DNA of 61,933 bases, filler included. It is 6 parts of 6 records of this genome, joined end to end, with 100 filler letters (N's around TTAATTAATTAA, not from the genome) between each part and the next. Parts side by side here need not be neighbours in the genome. Positions count along the whole stretch, not along the records: positions 23,673 to 38,784 come from SRR2962707_3081; positions 38,885 to 51,864 come from SRR2962707_3085; 4 more parts are not named here. One strand, written 5' to 3'. The notes below the pieces were generated by a model, which made no database searches, was not told the DNA's origin, and was given only the letters and a program-made list of their open reading frames with translations. The position numbers and the translations under genes are program-made. Within the stretch, counting starts at the first letter, position 1, and each line of letters starts with the position of its first letter. Shown here one piece after another: positions 32,480 through 42,146 of this stretch.

Positions 32480-32514
32480 AAAAAGGCCTCCTTGCTATGC
32501 GCCGGAGGCCTTTT
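32480..32514 (-). terminator. Intrinsic terminator after efp
   Basis: AAAAAGGCCTCC-loop-GGAGGCCTTTT. Confidence 0.75.
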
Positions 32515-32562
32515 GTTGTCTGTGCCCCCGGATGTTCGGGGGATATGCGCGCGGGCCCCGTT

Positions 32563-33126
32563 TTAGGCGCGTTCGGCGTATTCCATTGTTTCGGTGTTCA
32601 CGATGATGTCTTCGTCCTGGCCCACAAAAGGGGGAACAGAGACGCGAATACCGCAATCCAGCAGCGCCGGTTTAAAGCTGTTCGCCGCGGTCTGGCCTTT
32701 GACGACCGGCTCTGTCTCAACGATGCGGCAGGTGACTTTCTGCGGCAGGGTCGCGTTCAGCGCCTCCTCCTCGTGGAATTCGATGTGGATGGTCATGCCA
32801 TCCTGCAGGAACGGGCGGCGTTCGCCCAGGATGTCGGCGGGCAGTTCAACCTGGTCGTAGGTTTCGGTATCCATAAAGGTCAGGATGCCATCGGTTTCGA
32901 ACAGGAACTGCATGTCCTTCTGCTCAAGCCGTACACGCTCGACCTTGTCCGCCGACCGGAACCGTTCATTCAGCTTGGAACCGTTGCGCAGGTTCTTCAT
33001 TTCGACCTGGGCAAAGGCACCGCCCTTGCCGGGCTTTACATGATCGACCTTCACAGCCGCCCAGAGGCCGCCGTTATGCTCCAGTACGTTACCGGGGCGA
33101 ATTTCGTTACCGTTGATCTTGGGCAT
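32563..33126 (-). CDS. efp: Translation elongation factor P
   Basis: [34 protein letters not shown]; start MPKING at 33126. Confidence 0.97.
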   Translation of the reverse strand: MPKINGNEIRPGNVLEHNGGLWAAVKVDHVKPGKGGAFAQVEMKNLRNGSKLNERFRSADKVERVRLEQKDMQFLFETDGILTFMDTETYDQVELPADILGERRPFLQDGMTIHIEFHEEEALNATLPQKVTCRIVETEPVVKGQTAANSFKPALLDCGIRVSVPPFVGQDEDIIVNTETMEYAERA

Positions 33127-33342
33127 ATGTAAAAACCGTCTCAGAGGGTTGATAGGGGACTGTGCGTCCCTATATCCCGGTAGGTCAGCCCTGACAAGAC
33201 GACCATACTTCGTGCTGCACTTGCGAGTACCATGCGCCAGGGACATGGCTGCTATGCGATAACGGCCTATCCGAATCAATCTGAATAGGTCATAAGGGCG
33301 TTCACGCCTGAAAACACAAGAGCAATAATCAAAGGACGAAAG

Positions 33343-33663
33343 ATGCGAGATTTCGTTGATGGAACAGCCTATAACAGCGAGCAAGGCAACCGTGCCAAGA
33401 AGCTGTTTGCGGCGGTGGTCCTCGCGGCACTGGATGACGCAATTGCGGACGACAAGAAATACGGCAATGGGCCCGAGCAGATTGCCCGGTGGGCACGGTC
33501 GCGCGACGGGCGCGAAGTGCTGTCCTGCGCCGGTATCGACCCGAACGAACGGGTTGTGACTGGCCTGATGGATTTCGTCGGCAAGGGTGTCCGTACGTCG
33601 GTTGCACTGTCGCGCGAAGAAAGCGAACGCCGCCACGCAGCGGAGCAGGCCGAAGCCGCCTGA
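33343..33663 (+). CDS. Conserved Rhodobacterales small protein (DUF6280-like)
   Basis: [46 protein letters not shown]; followed by a terminator. Confidence 0.8.
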   Translation: MRDFVDGTAYNSEQGNRAKKLFAAVVLAALDDAIADDKKYGNGPEQIARWARSRDGREVLSCAGIDPNERVVTGLMDFVGKGVRTSVALSREESERRHAAEQAEAA

Positions 33664-33686
33664 TCGTCCCTGTACCCGAATAAAAC

Positions 33687-33713
33687 GGCGCGCCCCTGTG
33701 GCGCGCCTTTTTT
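33687..33713 (+). terminator. Intrinsic terminator
   Basis: GGCGCGCC-CCTGT-GGCGCGCC-TTTTTT. Confidence 0.8.
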
Positions 33714-33761
33714 ATGCGCAGAATCGGCGTGCTGATGTGTTCCGTGGTACGAACGCGACCA

Positions 33762-34460
33762 TCAGTCCCGGGTGGGCGGCACCAACGTGTCCTGGATTTC
33801 CCGGCGCACGAGTTTGCGGACATTGCGGGTGATGCGGTCACCCAACACACCCTGAAGTTCCTGTCGCACCACATCCGCCACCAGATCGCGCAGCATCATT
33901 TCATCGACTCCGCCGGTCAGATCCGCAAAGACATTGTCCGGGGCGTCAAGATCCCGATCGCTTAGCATCGCGCCGGTCAGGGCGTCCGACACCGCCTCGG
34001 CTGCGGGGGTCAGACGGGTGACATTGGCACTGTCTGCGATGGAGACCCGTGCGTCGATGGGCGGGATGTCTGGCTGATCGGCTTTGGTGTCCGCCGCGCC
34101 CTTGGCCCCGTGATCAAATGAATCCTGGTCAGCTTGATTGGCAATCAGCTTTTCCAGCGCCCCAACCTTTTGGTCCAGCGACATGTCACGGGGCAATGGG
34201 CCGCGCAGGGGCGCGGTGTTTTGCGGCTGGACTGGCGGGGTGGCCGCCTTTGGCAATTTGACGCCAAAGGCGGCCTGCGTCAAAATCATCGGCCCGCAGG
34301 CCCCAGTACCGGGTAGCGACCTGTGTTGATCCAAACGCAAGGCCGGTGTCAGGATCAGCATGCCCGGAGTACCATCCAGGCGCATGTTCCCATCGCAGCC
34401 CTTGTCAGTGCCGATCCTGGCGGACCCTATTGGGGTGTCGGTATGTGCCTTGGGGTCGGA
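33762..34460 (-). CDS. Low-complexity protein with a PopZ-like C-terminal helical domain
   Basis: Pro/Ala/Asp-rich middle; C-terminus LRDLVADVVRQELQGVLGDRITRNVRKLVRREIQ; directly downstream of pcm-tolC. Confidence 0.65.
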   Translation of the reverse strand, partial: SDPKAHTDTPIGSARIGTDKGCDGNMRLDGTPGMLILTPALRLDQHRSLPGTGACGPMILTQAAFGVKLPKAATPPVQPQNTAPLRGPLPRDMSLDQKVGALEKLIANQADQDSFDHGAKGAADTKADQPDIPPIDARVSIADSANVTRLTPAAEAVSDALTGAMLSDRDLDAPDNVFADLTGGVDEMMLRDLVADVVRQELQGVLGDRITRNVRKLVRREIQDTLVPPTRD

Positions 34461-34536
34461 CATTTCAGCTTCCATTCTCGCTACGACACAAATCTAGCGA
34501 GCATCATTTCAGCGCACAACCTACGGCTAAGATATG

Positions 34537-35946
34537 CTATTCTTTTCCCAGCGCGCGCAGAACGCGGTCCAGTTCCGTACCCTGCCTGCTGACCTGCAAC
34601 GGGGCATCCTTGACCAGATTGTAATAGGCTGCGGGATCATATTTCTGAACGTTGAGCCCCATTTGATCCGCTGTCAGCACACCCATGGCGTAAAGCACGG
34701 AATAGGCAGCAACATATTCATCGACCGAGGCCGAGATCTGGGTGGCCCGCGCATCCAGAAGTTCCTGTTCGGCATCCAGCACATCCAATGTGGTGCGCGC
34801 GCCCAGGGTCGCCTCTTCCCGAACCCCGTCAAAGGCGATCTGTGCCGCGCTCACCTGATCCGCGCTGGCGGACCGGCTGGACCGGGCAACCTGGAGCTGG
34901 ACATAGGCATTGGCCAGGTTCTGTTCGATTGACAGCCGGGCCAGCTGAAGCTGGGCGCGGGCAGAATCGCGCCCGGCCATCGCCTGCCGCACCAGCGATG
35001 ACTGCCGACCACCCTGATAGATCGCACCAGAGGCGTTCACAGACACCGACCCGGCTTCGGAATATGTACGGTCATCAAAGCTGTCCGTAATGCCATACGA
35101 CCCCTGAAGCGTCACTTTCGGCTTCATTGCCGCCTTGGAACGCTGAATGCTCAGCTCGTTGATCGATACAGTATACTGTGCCGACAAAAGATCGGGATGT
35201 GTACGCATCGCGACGGCGCGTGCGGCCTCAACCGACGCGGGCAACTGCGGGGTCGAACGCGGATAGCTCAGCACACCGGGGCGACGGCCCGTGACGACGC
35301 GGTATTCCTCTTGGGCCGTGGCAAGGTCCCCCTGCGCGGCTGACAAAGCAGAGCGCGATGCGGCCAGACGCGCCTGGGCAAGAGCAACGTCGGTACGGGT
35401 GACTTCGCCGACTTCGAAACGATCCTCGGCGGCGCGCAGTTCCTGGGTGATCAGGCGCAGGTTGTTTTGGCGCAAAGATACGTTTTCGGTGGCGCGGCGC
35501 ACCTCAAAAAACGACCGTACGGCACGCAGAAGGATCTGCTGCTCCACCGAAACAAGGGTTTGACGGGTGGCAAGCACGGTTTCTTTTGCGGCCTCGATGG
35601 CAAGCGCGGTCTGGCCGAAATCATACAGCGTCAACTGCGCGGTCAGCCCGAATGTAGTGCTATCCTGAAGCAGGCTGTAAAACTCAAAACTTGTAGAAGA
35701 GCTGCGGTATTCACCAAAGTCGCGCGTGATATCCGCAGCCCAGCTGACCACTGGCCGCAGGGCCGAAATTGACTGTGCCACGTCTTCGTCGGCGGACCGC
35801 AAAACAGCGCGGTTCTGATCGATCAAACCGCTGGTATTATACGCGCCGACCAATGCATCGGCCAGCGTGTCGGCCTGTGCTGCGGCTGCGATCCAGACCA
35901 CCGCAATTCCGGTGGTCACATTTTTCAATAATGCGTTGGATATCAT
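34537..35946 (-). CDS. tolC: TolC family outer membrane protein
   Basis: TLADALVGAY, RFEVGEVTRTDV, LGARTTLDVLDAEQE. Confidence 0.93.
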   Translation of the reverse strand: MISNALLKNVTTGIAVVWIAAAAQADTLADALVGAYNTSGLIDQNRAVLRSADEDVAQSISALRPVVSWAADITRDFGEYRSSSTSFEFYSLLQDSTTFGLTAQLTLYDFGQTALAIEAAKETVLATRQTLVSVEQQILLRAVRSFFEVRRATENVSLRQNNLRLITQELRAAEDRFEVGEVTRTDVALAQARLAASRSALSAAQGDLATAQEEYRVVTGRRPGVLSYPRSTPQLPASVEAARAVAMRTHPDLLSAQYTVSINELSIQRSKAAMKPKVTLQGSYGITDSFDDRTYSEAGSVSVNASGAIYQGGRQSSLVRQAMAGRDSARAQLQLARLSIEQNLANAYVQLQVARSSRSASADQVSAAQIAFDGVREEATLGARTTLDVLDAEQELLDARATQISASVDEYVAAYSVLYAMGVLTADQMGLNVQKYDPAAYYNLVKDAPLQVSRQGTELDRVLRALGKE

Positions 35947-35987
35947 CTGTGCCTGCCTTGATTAGAACTGCTCTTCCTGCTCCGAGT

Positions 35988-36641
35988 TCAGAGGGCGAAG
36001 GCGGTTTCTTTTTCAAATCCTGCCAACACCGGGGCGCTGGCGTTAAATGCAAAGCGCCAGGAGATGGCGCCGTCATATCTGTGTCCGATGCGCACAACGC
36101 CCAGGGCCCCCTCCATGAACAAACAGGCTATGCGCCCGCCATCCTTGAGCTGGTCAACCAGCGCCTGCGGCACCTGCTGCACCGCGCCTTCGACGATAAT
36201 GACATCATAGGGGCCATGTTCCGGCGCACCATCGGTCAGCAGGCCGTTGTGCAGGATCACGTTGTCCGCGTGGTGGTCTGACAGCAGGCCCTGCGCCTCG
36301 TTTACGCGGGCGGCGTCATCCTCGACTGCGACAACAGCCTCGGCGATGCGGGCGATAACGGCTGCGGAATAACCAAGCCCCGCACCGATATCGAGGACAA
36401 GATCGTCGTTGGTGATATTCAGCGCATCCAACATCTTGGAAAAGGTGCGCGGTTCCAACACAACACGGCCCCCGCCAATGTCGACGTTTTCGCTGACATA
36501 GGCAGCTTCGGCCCGGTCGCGGGGCACAAAAGCCTCGCGCTGGACGGTCAGCATCGCGTCAATGATTGGGAACTTGGTAACATCGGACGGGCGCACCTGC
36601 GTGTCGACCATCATTCTGCGGCGGTTGGCATAGTCTGACAT
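35988..36641 (-). CDS. pcm: Protein-L-isoaspartate O-methyltransferase-like
   Basis: RRRMMVDTQVRPSDV, REAFVP, VLDIGAGLGYSAA, GPYDVI, QLKDGGR. Confidence 0.9.
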   Translation of the reverse strand: MSDYANRRRMMVDTQVRPSDVTKFPIIDAMLTVQREAFVPRDRAEAAYVSENVDIGGGRVVLEPRTFSKMLDALNITNDDLVLDIGAGLGYSAAVIARIAEAVVAVEDDAARVNEAQGLLSDHHADNVILHNGLLTDGAPEHGPYDVIIVEGAVQQVPQALVDQLKDGGRIACLFMEGALGVVRIGHRYDGAISWRFAFNASAPVLAGFEKETAFAL

Positions 36642-36793
36642 GTACTAAACTCTTTCGTTCAGAATCCTAGGATCGTCATGCCACAGAAGACCCGCCACGG
36701 CAACGTCCGGGCGCGACAAATACATAAAGTTCGGCTTAATCTGTCGACCCCGTGCAACGCCCTGGCGCAAAATACGGCCCGGGATCGACCTAT

Positions 36794-37852
36794 TTAACTT
36801 GCCTGCGGCGCCGCCGATGCGCGGCGCACGCCCCTGTCATCCATCAGCGCGGCGGCGATCACCATGACCGGAATTGACACGATCCCGCCGATCGGACCCC
36901 AGAACCACAGCCCGAAAACAAGCGCGACAAAGACCAGCAGGGGATTTAGTGACACATGTTTGCCCACCAACGCCGGGGTGACAAACTGCGCCTCTGTCAT
37001 GTTCAGGCACAGATATGCCAGACAAGGCGCACCCACCATCAGCCCGTCGAAATGCAAAAGACCGCTTAGCAGCAGACCGGCCATCAACAGCGTCGGCCCA
37101 ACATAAAGAACATAGTTCAGCAAAAAGGCAGCCATGCCCCAAACCCAAGGAAGCGGCAGACCGATCAGCATCAGAACGCCGGTCAGCGCCAAACCCAGCC
37201 CCATGTTGATAAAGGAGATGGTAATAAAGTAACGCGACACCAGATTTTCCGCCGTCTTGAACCGCTGCTGCATGATGCTGGCCTCGGCGACGCCGCCGAT
37301 CCGTTTGGCCAGCGCCGTATAAACATCAAGCCGCGTCAACAGGAAAAAGTAGAAGGTGCCGGCAAACACCAGAACCTGTCCGATGATCACAGGTGCCAGA
37401 AACAGCGCATCCGATACCGACGGCAGAGCCGACCCACCGCCGCCGGCGGCCTGTTCGCCGCTATCGGCCGCGACCTCACCACCGCCAAGCGCGCGCTGCA
37501 CTTCTGTGTTCACATTGTCGAGCCCCCGCATCATGCCGCGCAGGTCAAGTATGATGGACTGCATCTCGGTTCGGATGTGCGGGATTTCATCGGCGATGCG
37601 CCAGACCAGCGGCTCAATTGCGATGACAAGCAAACCGATTGTAATCAGCGTCATCACCATGATGGTTGTCGCAGCATACCCCTTTGGTATCCGCAGCCGA
37701 TCGAAAAAATCCATCAACGGCGCGACGATGATGCCAACCACAACGGCAAGCGTCATAGGCGCGGCGATGTCCTGGGCAAAGTGTAATGCGCATAGGCATA
37801 TAATGACCGCAATCAGAACGGTCGCCGTCCGCTGCGGGTCCGACGTGGACAT
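36794..37852 (-). CDS. AI-2E family transporter
   Basis: Multi-TM; FLLNYVLYVGP, EAQFVTP, LNPLLVF..WFWGPIG. Confidence 0.88.
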   Translation of the reverse strand: MSTSDPQRTATVLIAVIICLCALHFAQDIAAPMTLAVVVGIIVAPLMDFFDRLRIPKGYAATTIMVMTLITIGLLVIAIEPLVWRIADEIPHIRTEMQSIILDLRGMMRGLDNVNTEVQRALGGGEVAADSGEQAAGGGGSALPSVSDALFLAPVIIGQVLVFAGTFYFFLLTRLDVYTALAKRIGGVAEASIMQQRFKTAENLVSRYFITISFINMGLGLALTGVLMLIGLPLPWVWGMAAFLLNYVLYVGPTLLMAGLLLSGLLHFDGLMVGAPCLAYLCLNMTEAQFVTPALVGKHVSLNPLLVFVALVFGLWFWGPIGGIVSIPVMVIAAALMDDRGVRRASAAPQAS

Positions 37853-37873
37853 AAGTCTGCTTGCCATTCCGGT

Positions 37874-38221
37874 TCAGCGCCGCCCTTTGCGGGACGAACC
37901 GCGTCCGGCGGCAAGACCCGCAAGAAAGCCTTCGATCATCTGCGGAATTGGATCTGTGGTCACAGGACGCGCCGGGATTCGGCGTACAGGCCGACGTTTC
38001 TGCATGCTCGCCAAAGCGAAGAAAATCAACCCGGCCGCAATGTAAACAAACCCAAGGACCTGCGCCGCAAAAAGCGCCCCGCCCCACCGCTCAAGCATGA
38101 GCCACAACGCCAAGGTCAAAAATCCCGCCCCTATCGACAGAAAAACGGCCCCGGCCAATGAAAACGCAACTGCGCGCGACGTCTGCCGCGCGTAGTCTCT
38201 CAACGAGTTGAGCAGGAACAT
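37874..38221 (-). CDS. Holin-like (DUF1469/YqjE-type) two-TM membrane protein
   Basis: Two hydrophobic helices; sits between DUF883 and AI-2E genes. Confidence 0.65.
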   Translation of the reverse strand: MFLLNSLRDYARQTSRAVAFSLAGAVFLSIGAGFLTLALWLMLERWGGALFAAQVLGFVYIAAGLIFFALASMQKRRPVRRIPARPVTTDPIPQMIEGFLAGLAAGRGSSRKGRR

Positions 38222-38224
38222 CCC

Positions 38225-38581
38225 TTATTTCCGGCCGGTCAGCAGACCGATCACAAACCCGACGCCCACGGCGATGCCTATGGCTGTGCCGGGCTGACGG
38301 CGGATGGCTGCGATTGCCTGTTCCTGCATGTCTTCGGCGCGCAATTGTGCCTCGACCAGTGTATCTTCACCACGAGCGCGCAGCTCTGACGCGCGGGCGC
38401 GGGCGGCGGCGATTGTCTCATCCTTGCGGCGGACACCGATTTCGCCCAGCAGCTCGGTGATGCCGACCAGATCCTGTTTCAGGCTCGTGACCTGATCGTT
38501 CAGATCTTTATATTCTTTGGGTGTGTTCGATGTGCCAGTTGTCATTTTCGGTGCGCCATTCGTGATTGTTGTCTGTGCCAT
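38225..38581 (-). CDS. DUF883 (ElaB/YqjD) family tail-anchored protein
   Basis: Helical N-terminus; C-terminal IRRQP.TAIGIAVGVGFVIGLL; GGAGG RBS. Confidence 0.85.
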   Translation of the reverse strand: MAQTTITNGAPKMTTGTSNTPKEYKDLNDQVTSLKQDLVGITELLGEIGVRRKDETIAAARARASELRARGEDTLVEAQLRAEDMQEQAIAAIRRQPGTAIGIAVGVGFVIGLLTGRK

Positions 38582-38614
38582 TGATAATCCCTCCTGCGGG
38601 TCTTCTGCAAATGA

Positions 38615-38639
38615 AACGCAGACCACGACGCTTTGTTCC
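38615..38639 (-). promoter_or_regulatory. EcfG (sigma-T/RpoE2) general stress promoter
   Basis: Minus strand GGAAC-N16-CGTT, 34 nt upstream of the DUF883 ATG. Confidence 0.75.
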
Positions 38640-38727
38640 ACCTGAAACCGTATTAGACCATACCGTGATGGCAAGCGCCAAACCTGCTTGACGCCGCAAA
38701 CGAGAAAACCTAATCAGGCACAGTTCC

Positions 38728-38784
38728 GGCGGGTTGGCGGAGAGGTTACGCAGCGGATTGCAAATCCGTGAAGACCGGTTCGAT
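38728..38784 (+). tRNA. tRNA-Cys(GCA), 3'-truncated by the contig end
   Basis: GGCGGGT TGGCGGAGAGGTTACGC, anticodon arm GCGGA-TTGCAAA-TCCGT (GCA 38760-38762), T-arm GGTTCGAT. Confidence 0.92.
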
Positions 38785-38884
38785 NNNNNNNNNNNNNNNN
38801 NNNNNNNNNNNNNNNNNNNNNNNNNNNNTTAATTAATTAANNNNNNNNNNNNNNNNNNNNNNNNNNNNNNNNNNNNNNNNNNNN
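38785..38884. other. Artificial contig spacer
   Basis: N-run with TTAATTAATTAA. Confidence 0.98.
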
Positions 38885-39713
38885 CCAGTTCCTGGCCAAC
38901 ATCCGCCAGACCGACGCCATTGCCCATGTGGTGCGTTGCTTCGAGGACGACAACGTCATTCACGTCGCCAACAAGATTGACCCGGCGTCGGATATCGAAA
39001 TCATCAACACAGAACTGGCCCTGGCCGATCTGGAAACCGTCGAGAAGGCCATCAAACGGGTTCAGCGAGTCGCAAAAAGCGGCGACAAAGAGGCCAAAGC
39101 TCAGCTTGAAGTCTTCGACACCCTGCTTCCCGTGCTGAACGAAGGCAAACCGGTTCGCAGCATGAATCTCGACAAAGAGAAGATGGCACTGATCCGCGAA
39201 CTCTGCCTGCTCACCGTAAAGCCAACCATGTACATCGCCAACGTCAGCGAAGACGGGTTCGAGAATAACCCTCACCTGGACACCGTGAGAAAGATTGCGG
39301 AATCCGAGAACGCAGTTGTGGTGCCTATCTGCAACAAGATAGAAGCCGAAATCTCCGAACTGGAAGACGACGAAAAATCCATGTTCCTGGAAGAAATGGG
39401 CATGGACGAGCCTGGCCTGGACCGGGTCATTCGCGGCGGCTACGGCCTGCTGAACCTTCAGACCTACTTTACCGCAGGGGTGAAGGAAGTCCGCGCCTGG
39501 ACGGTAAAAGTGGGCGCTACCGCACCACAGGCGGCAGGCGTGATCCATACCGACTTCGAACGCGGCTTCATCCGCGCCGAAGTGGTGAGCTACGATGACT
39601 TCGTCAAGTACAACGGTGAGGCCGGAGCCAAGGAAGCCGGCAAGTGGCGCCTTGAGGGCAAGGAATACATCGTCCAGGACGGCGACGTTGTCCACTTTCG
39701 GTTCAATGTCTGA
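38885..39713 (+). CDS. ychF: Redox-regulated ATPase YchF (5'-truncated)
   Basis: [50 protein letters not shown]. Confidence 0.97.
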
Positions 39714-39734
39714 CCGCGCTGGAGCGTTCTGACG

Positions 39735-40463
39735 GTGAGCCTCGTGCCCGCATGCTGCAGTACCCCGGATGACCGGTGGCCCTGGCCGCAATCGTTGCCG
39801 GGGCTTGAGCTGATCAGCCTGGACTTTGACCCCGATAACCTCAAACCGGACGACTTCACGATCAGTGACATCGTCCCACCACCGTCGGTGGAAAGGGCTG
39901 TTGCCAAACGCCAGGCGGAATACCTGGCTGGCCGTTTCTGCGCCCGCGAAGGCTTACTGCGCGCCACGGGGCAACCGGTGGTGCCAGCCCTCGGCGATGA
40001 CCGGGCGCCGGTATGGCCAACTGGCTGCGTGGGCTCGATCACCCACACCCGGGGTTGGGCTGCGGCGGTTATCGGCCAGCAACAGGACTACGCCGGAGTT
40101 GGCCTGGACGCGGAAGTCATCATGCCCGATGAACGCGCCCTACCGCTTTGCCGGCAAATCCTGACCCCTTCAGAGCAGACCCGGTTCCGTTCGGAACTGG
40201 CCAATCATGCAGGGCATTTCATCACCCTGGTGTTCTGCCTCAAGGAAACGCTCTTCAAGGCGCTGTATCCATTGGTTCAGAAGCGTTTCTACTTCGAGCA
40301 CGCGGAAGTGCTGTCATGGGACCCGGACGGCACAGCGCGATTGCGCCTGCTCACCCACCTTTCCGAACAGTGGCCTACGAATACGGAACTGGAAGCCCGG
40401 TTCGTGCAGGAGCACGACCGCCTGATCAGTCTGATCGTGGTTCCCGCCAACCATCACAATTGA
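39735..40463 (+). CDS. 4'-phosphopantetheinyl transferase (EntD/Sfp type)
   Basis: KRQAEYLAGR.CA, P.WP..VGSITH, GVGLDAE, FCLKETLFKA. Confidence 0.92.
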   Translation: MSLVPACCSTPDDRWPWPQSLPGLELISLDFDPDNLKPDDFTISDIVPPPSVERAVAKRQAEYLAGRFCAREGLLRATGQPVVPALGDDRAPVWPTGCVGSITHTRGWAAAVIGQQQDYAGVGLDAEVIMPDERALPLCRQILTPSEQTRFRSELANHAGHFITLVFCLKETLFKALYPLVQKRFYFEHAEVLSWDPDGTARLRLLTHLSEQWPTNTELEARFVQEHDRLISLIVVPANHHN

Positions 40464-40480
40464 TAACCATTACCATTTGA
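40462..40480 (+). promoter_or_regulatory. Putative Fur box upstream of fhuC
   Basis: GATAACCATTACCATTTGA, 12/19 match to GATAATGATAATCATTATC. Confidence 0.65.
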
Positions 40481-40521
40481 GATAGGATCACGGTTTCTCT
40501 CAATCTCCCGCCAGAGGCACT

Positions 40522-41289
40522 ATGTTTAAACTGGACGCCGTCAGTTGGCAGATCAATGGAAAGACCCTGCTCCATCCGATCGACCTGACCATTAAGCATG
40601 GTCAGGTGGTTGGGCTGATCGGGCACAACGGCTCTGGAAAATCCACGCTGGTAAAACTGCTCGCCCGCCAACTGACGCCGACATCAGGCCAGGTTTCCCT
40701 TGAGGGTAAACCGTTGGAATCGTGGGGCGACAAACCCCTGGCGAGGCAGATCGCTTACCTGCCGCAACAGCTGCCACCGACAGAAGGCCTGCGTGTTATC
40801 GATCTGATACGTTTCGGCCGCTACCCCTGGCATGGCGCACTCGGACGCTTTTCCGCCGAAGACCGGGCCCAGGTGAACCGAGCCATGGCACTGACGGATA
40901 CGGAACAGTTTGCCCACCGCAACGTCGATGAACTGTCTGGGGGCGAGCGCCAGCGGGTCTGGCTGGCCATGCTGATCGCCCAGAACGCCCGGTATCTGCT
41001 GCTGGACGAACCCACTTCCGCACTTGATATTGCCCACCAGGTGGAAGTCCTGTCGCTGGTTCGCAACCTGGGCAGGGAGCTGGACATGGGTGTCGTTGTG
41101 GTTCTGCACGACATCAATATGGCCGCCACCTACTGTGACCACCTGGTCGCACTCCACAGCGGAAAGTTACTGACGCAGGGTGCGCCCAAAGAGCTGATGA
41201 ACACCAGCACACTGGAATCCATCTACGGTATTTCCATGTCTGTCATGCCTCACCCTCATAACGATGGGGCACACATTGCCATCGCCTGA
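40522..41289 (+). CDS. fhuC: Ferric-hydroxamate ABC transporter ATPase
   Basis: GHNGSGKST, AYLPQ, GRYPW, LSGGERQRVWLAM, DEPTSALD. Confidence 0.9.
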   Translation: MFKLDAVSWQINGKTLLHPIDLTIKHGQVVGLIGHNGSGKSTLVKLLARQLTPTSGQVSLEGKPLESWGDKPLARQIAYLPQQLPPTEGLRVIDLIRFGRYPWHGALGRFSAEDRAQVNRAMALTDTEQFAHRNVDELSGGERQRVWLAMLIAQNARYLLLDEPTSALDIAHQVEVLSLVRNLGRELDMGVVVVLHDINMAATYCDHLVALHSGKLLTQGAPKELMNTSTLESIYGISMSVMPHPHNDGAHIAIA

Positions 41290-41338
41290 ACCCCGCCGTT
41301 TGGTACCCTGACGCTTTTAAACCGATTGGTTGTTCTGC

Positions 41339-42109
41339 TCAGGCCTGCTCGACCAGGCTTTCCGGAAGCTGGGCCCCTTTAGGCGGTTTATCAATATGGG
41401 GACAATTCTCACACAGCGTCAGCTCCGGCAGCCGGTAACGGATACAACACTGACGCCGCTGACGCAGGGGCGAAGGCCCGGATGAGCGTTCCACATAGCG
41501 TACCGGGCCGAACATCGGGTTTTTGCCACCATCCGGGCGGCGCTCTGATTCAATCAGCTGTTTGCCGTCAGCAAGCATCTCCGCCGGCAATCCAAGGCCA
41601 GCCATGGCATGAACCAACCACTCAACATAATTGGCGGCATTGTTCCACAACACCTTCCTGGACAGCTTTACCTGCTGGTTCCAGCCCTCGATAAGTGGTT
41701 CGAAGTTGCCGTCCAGCAGCTCCTTAAAGCGTTCGAAAGGCCCTTCGGGCTTGCTCGCAAAGGGCTGTCCCTCATGGGGTAGCCGGAAGGCTTCCGGCAA
41801 GCCGTCATCCCCCAGAATCACCTCAAGCTTGTCGAGTGCCACTGGCAGCTCATGCCCCAGCACCATGTTCGCCGCCACAGTCGGCACGATCAGCTTCACG
41901 AAGTATGTGCGGGACCACTGGGAAACCAATGCCCGCCGGTCATCACCTGGCTGAAAGCGGCGATAATGTTCCAACAGCCACGCCAGGCCATCGGTGGTTA
42001 TCAGTTCCCGGACAGGAATTGCTGGCCGCGGATCATCCGGCAGAACCAGTATGTCCCGGTAATGTTCGAAATCCCCGACGAACAGGGGGGCAAGCGCACG
42101 AATAGTCAT
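41339..42109 (-). CDS. fhuF: Siderophore-iron reductase FhuF (2Fe-2S)
   Basis: C-terminal RRQCC-X10-C-X2-CP motif; LWNNAA. Confidence 0.9.
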   Translation of the reverse strand: MTIRALAPLFVGDFEHYRDILVLPDDPRPAIPVRELITTDGLAWLLEHYRRFQPGDDRRALVSQWSRTYFVKLIVPTVAANMVLGHELPVALDKLEVILGDDGLPEAFRLPHEGQPFASKPEGPFERFKELLDGNFEPLIEGWNQQVKLSRKVLWNNAANYVEWLVHAMAGLGLPAEMLADGKQLIESERRPDGGKNPMFGPVRYVERSSGPSPLRQRRQCCIRYRLPELTLCENCPHIDKPPKGAQLPESLVEQA

Positions 42110-42146
42110 GAATCAGGCTGCGTAAAGCTGTTTGAGAGGAAGGAAC

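Noticed and set aside
33127-33636. Apparent N-terminal extension of EF-P (357-aa ORF)
   Set aside because: Overlaps the DUF6280-like gene antisense; EF-P homology begins at MPKING (33126).
37874-38221. Prophage suggested by a holin-like gene near a tRNA
   Set aside because: No integrase, endolysin or structural genes; this family normally occurs with DUF883 in stress operons.
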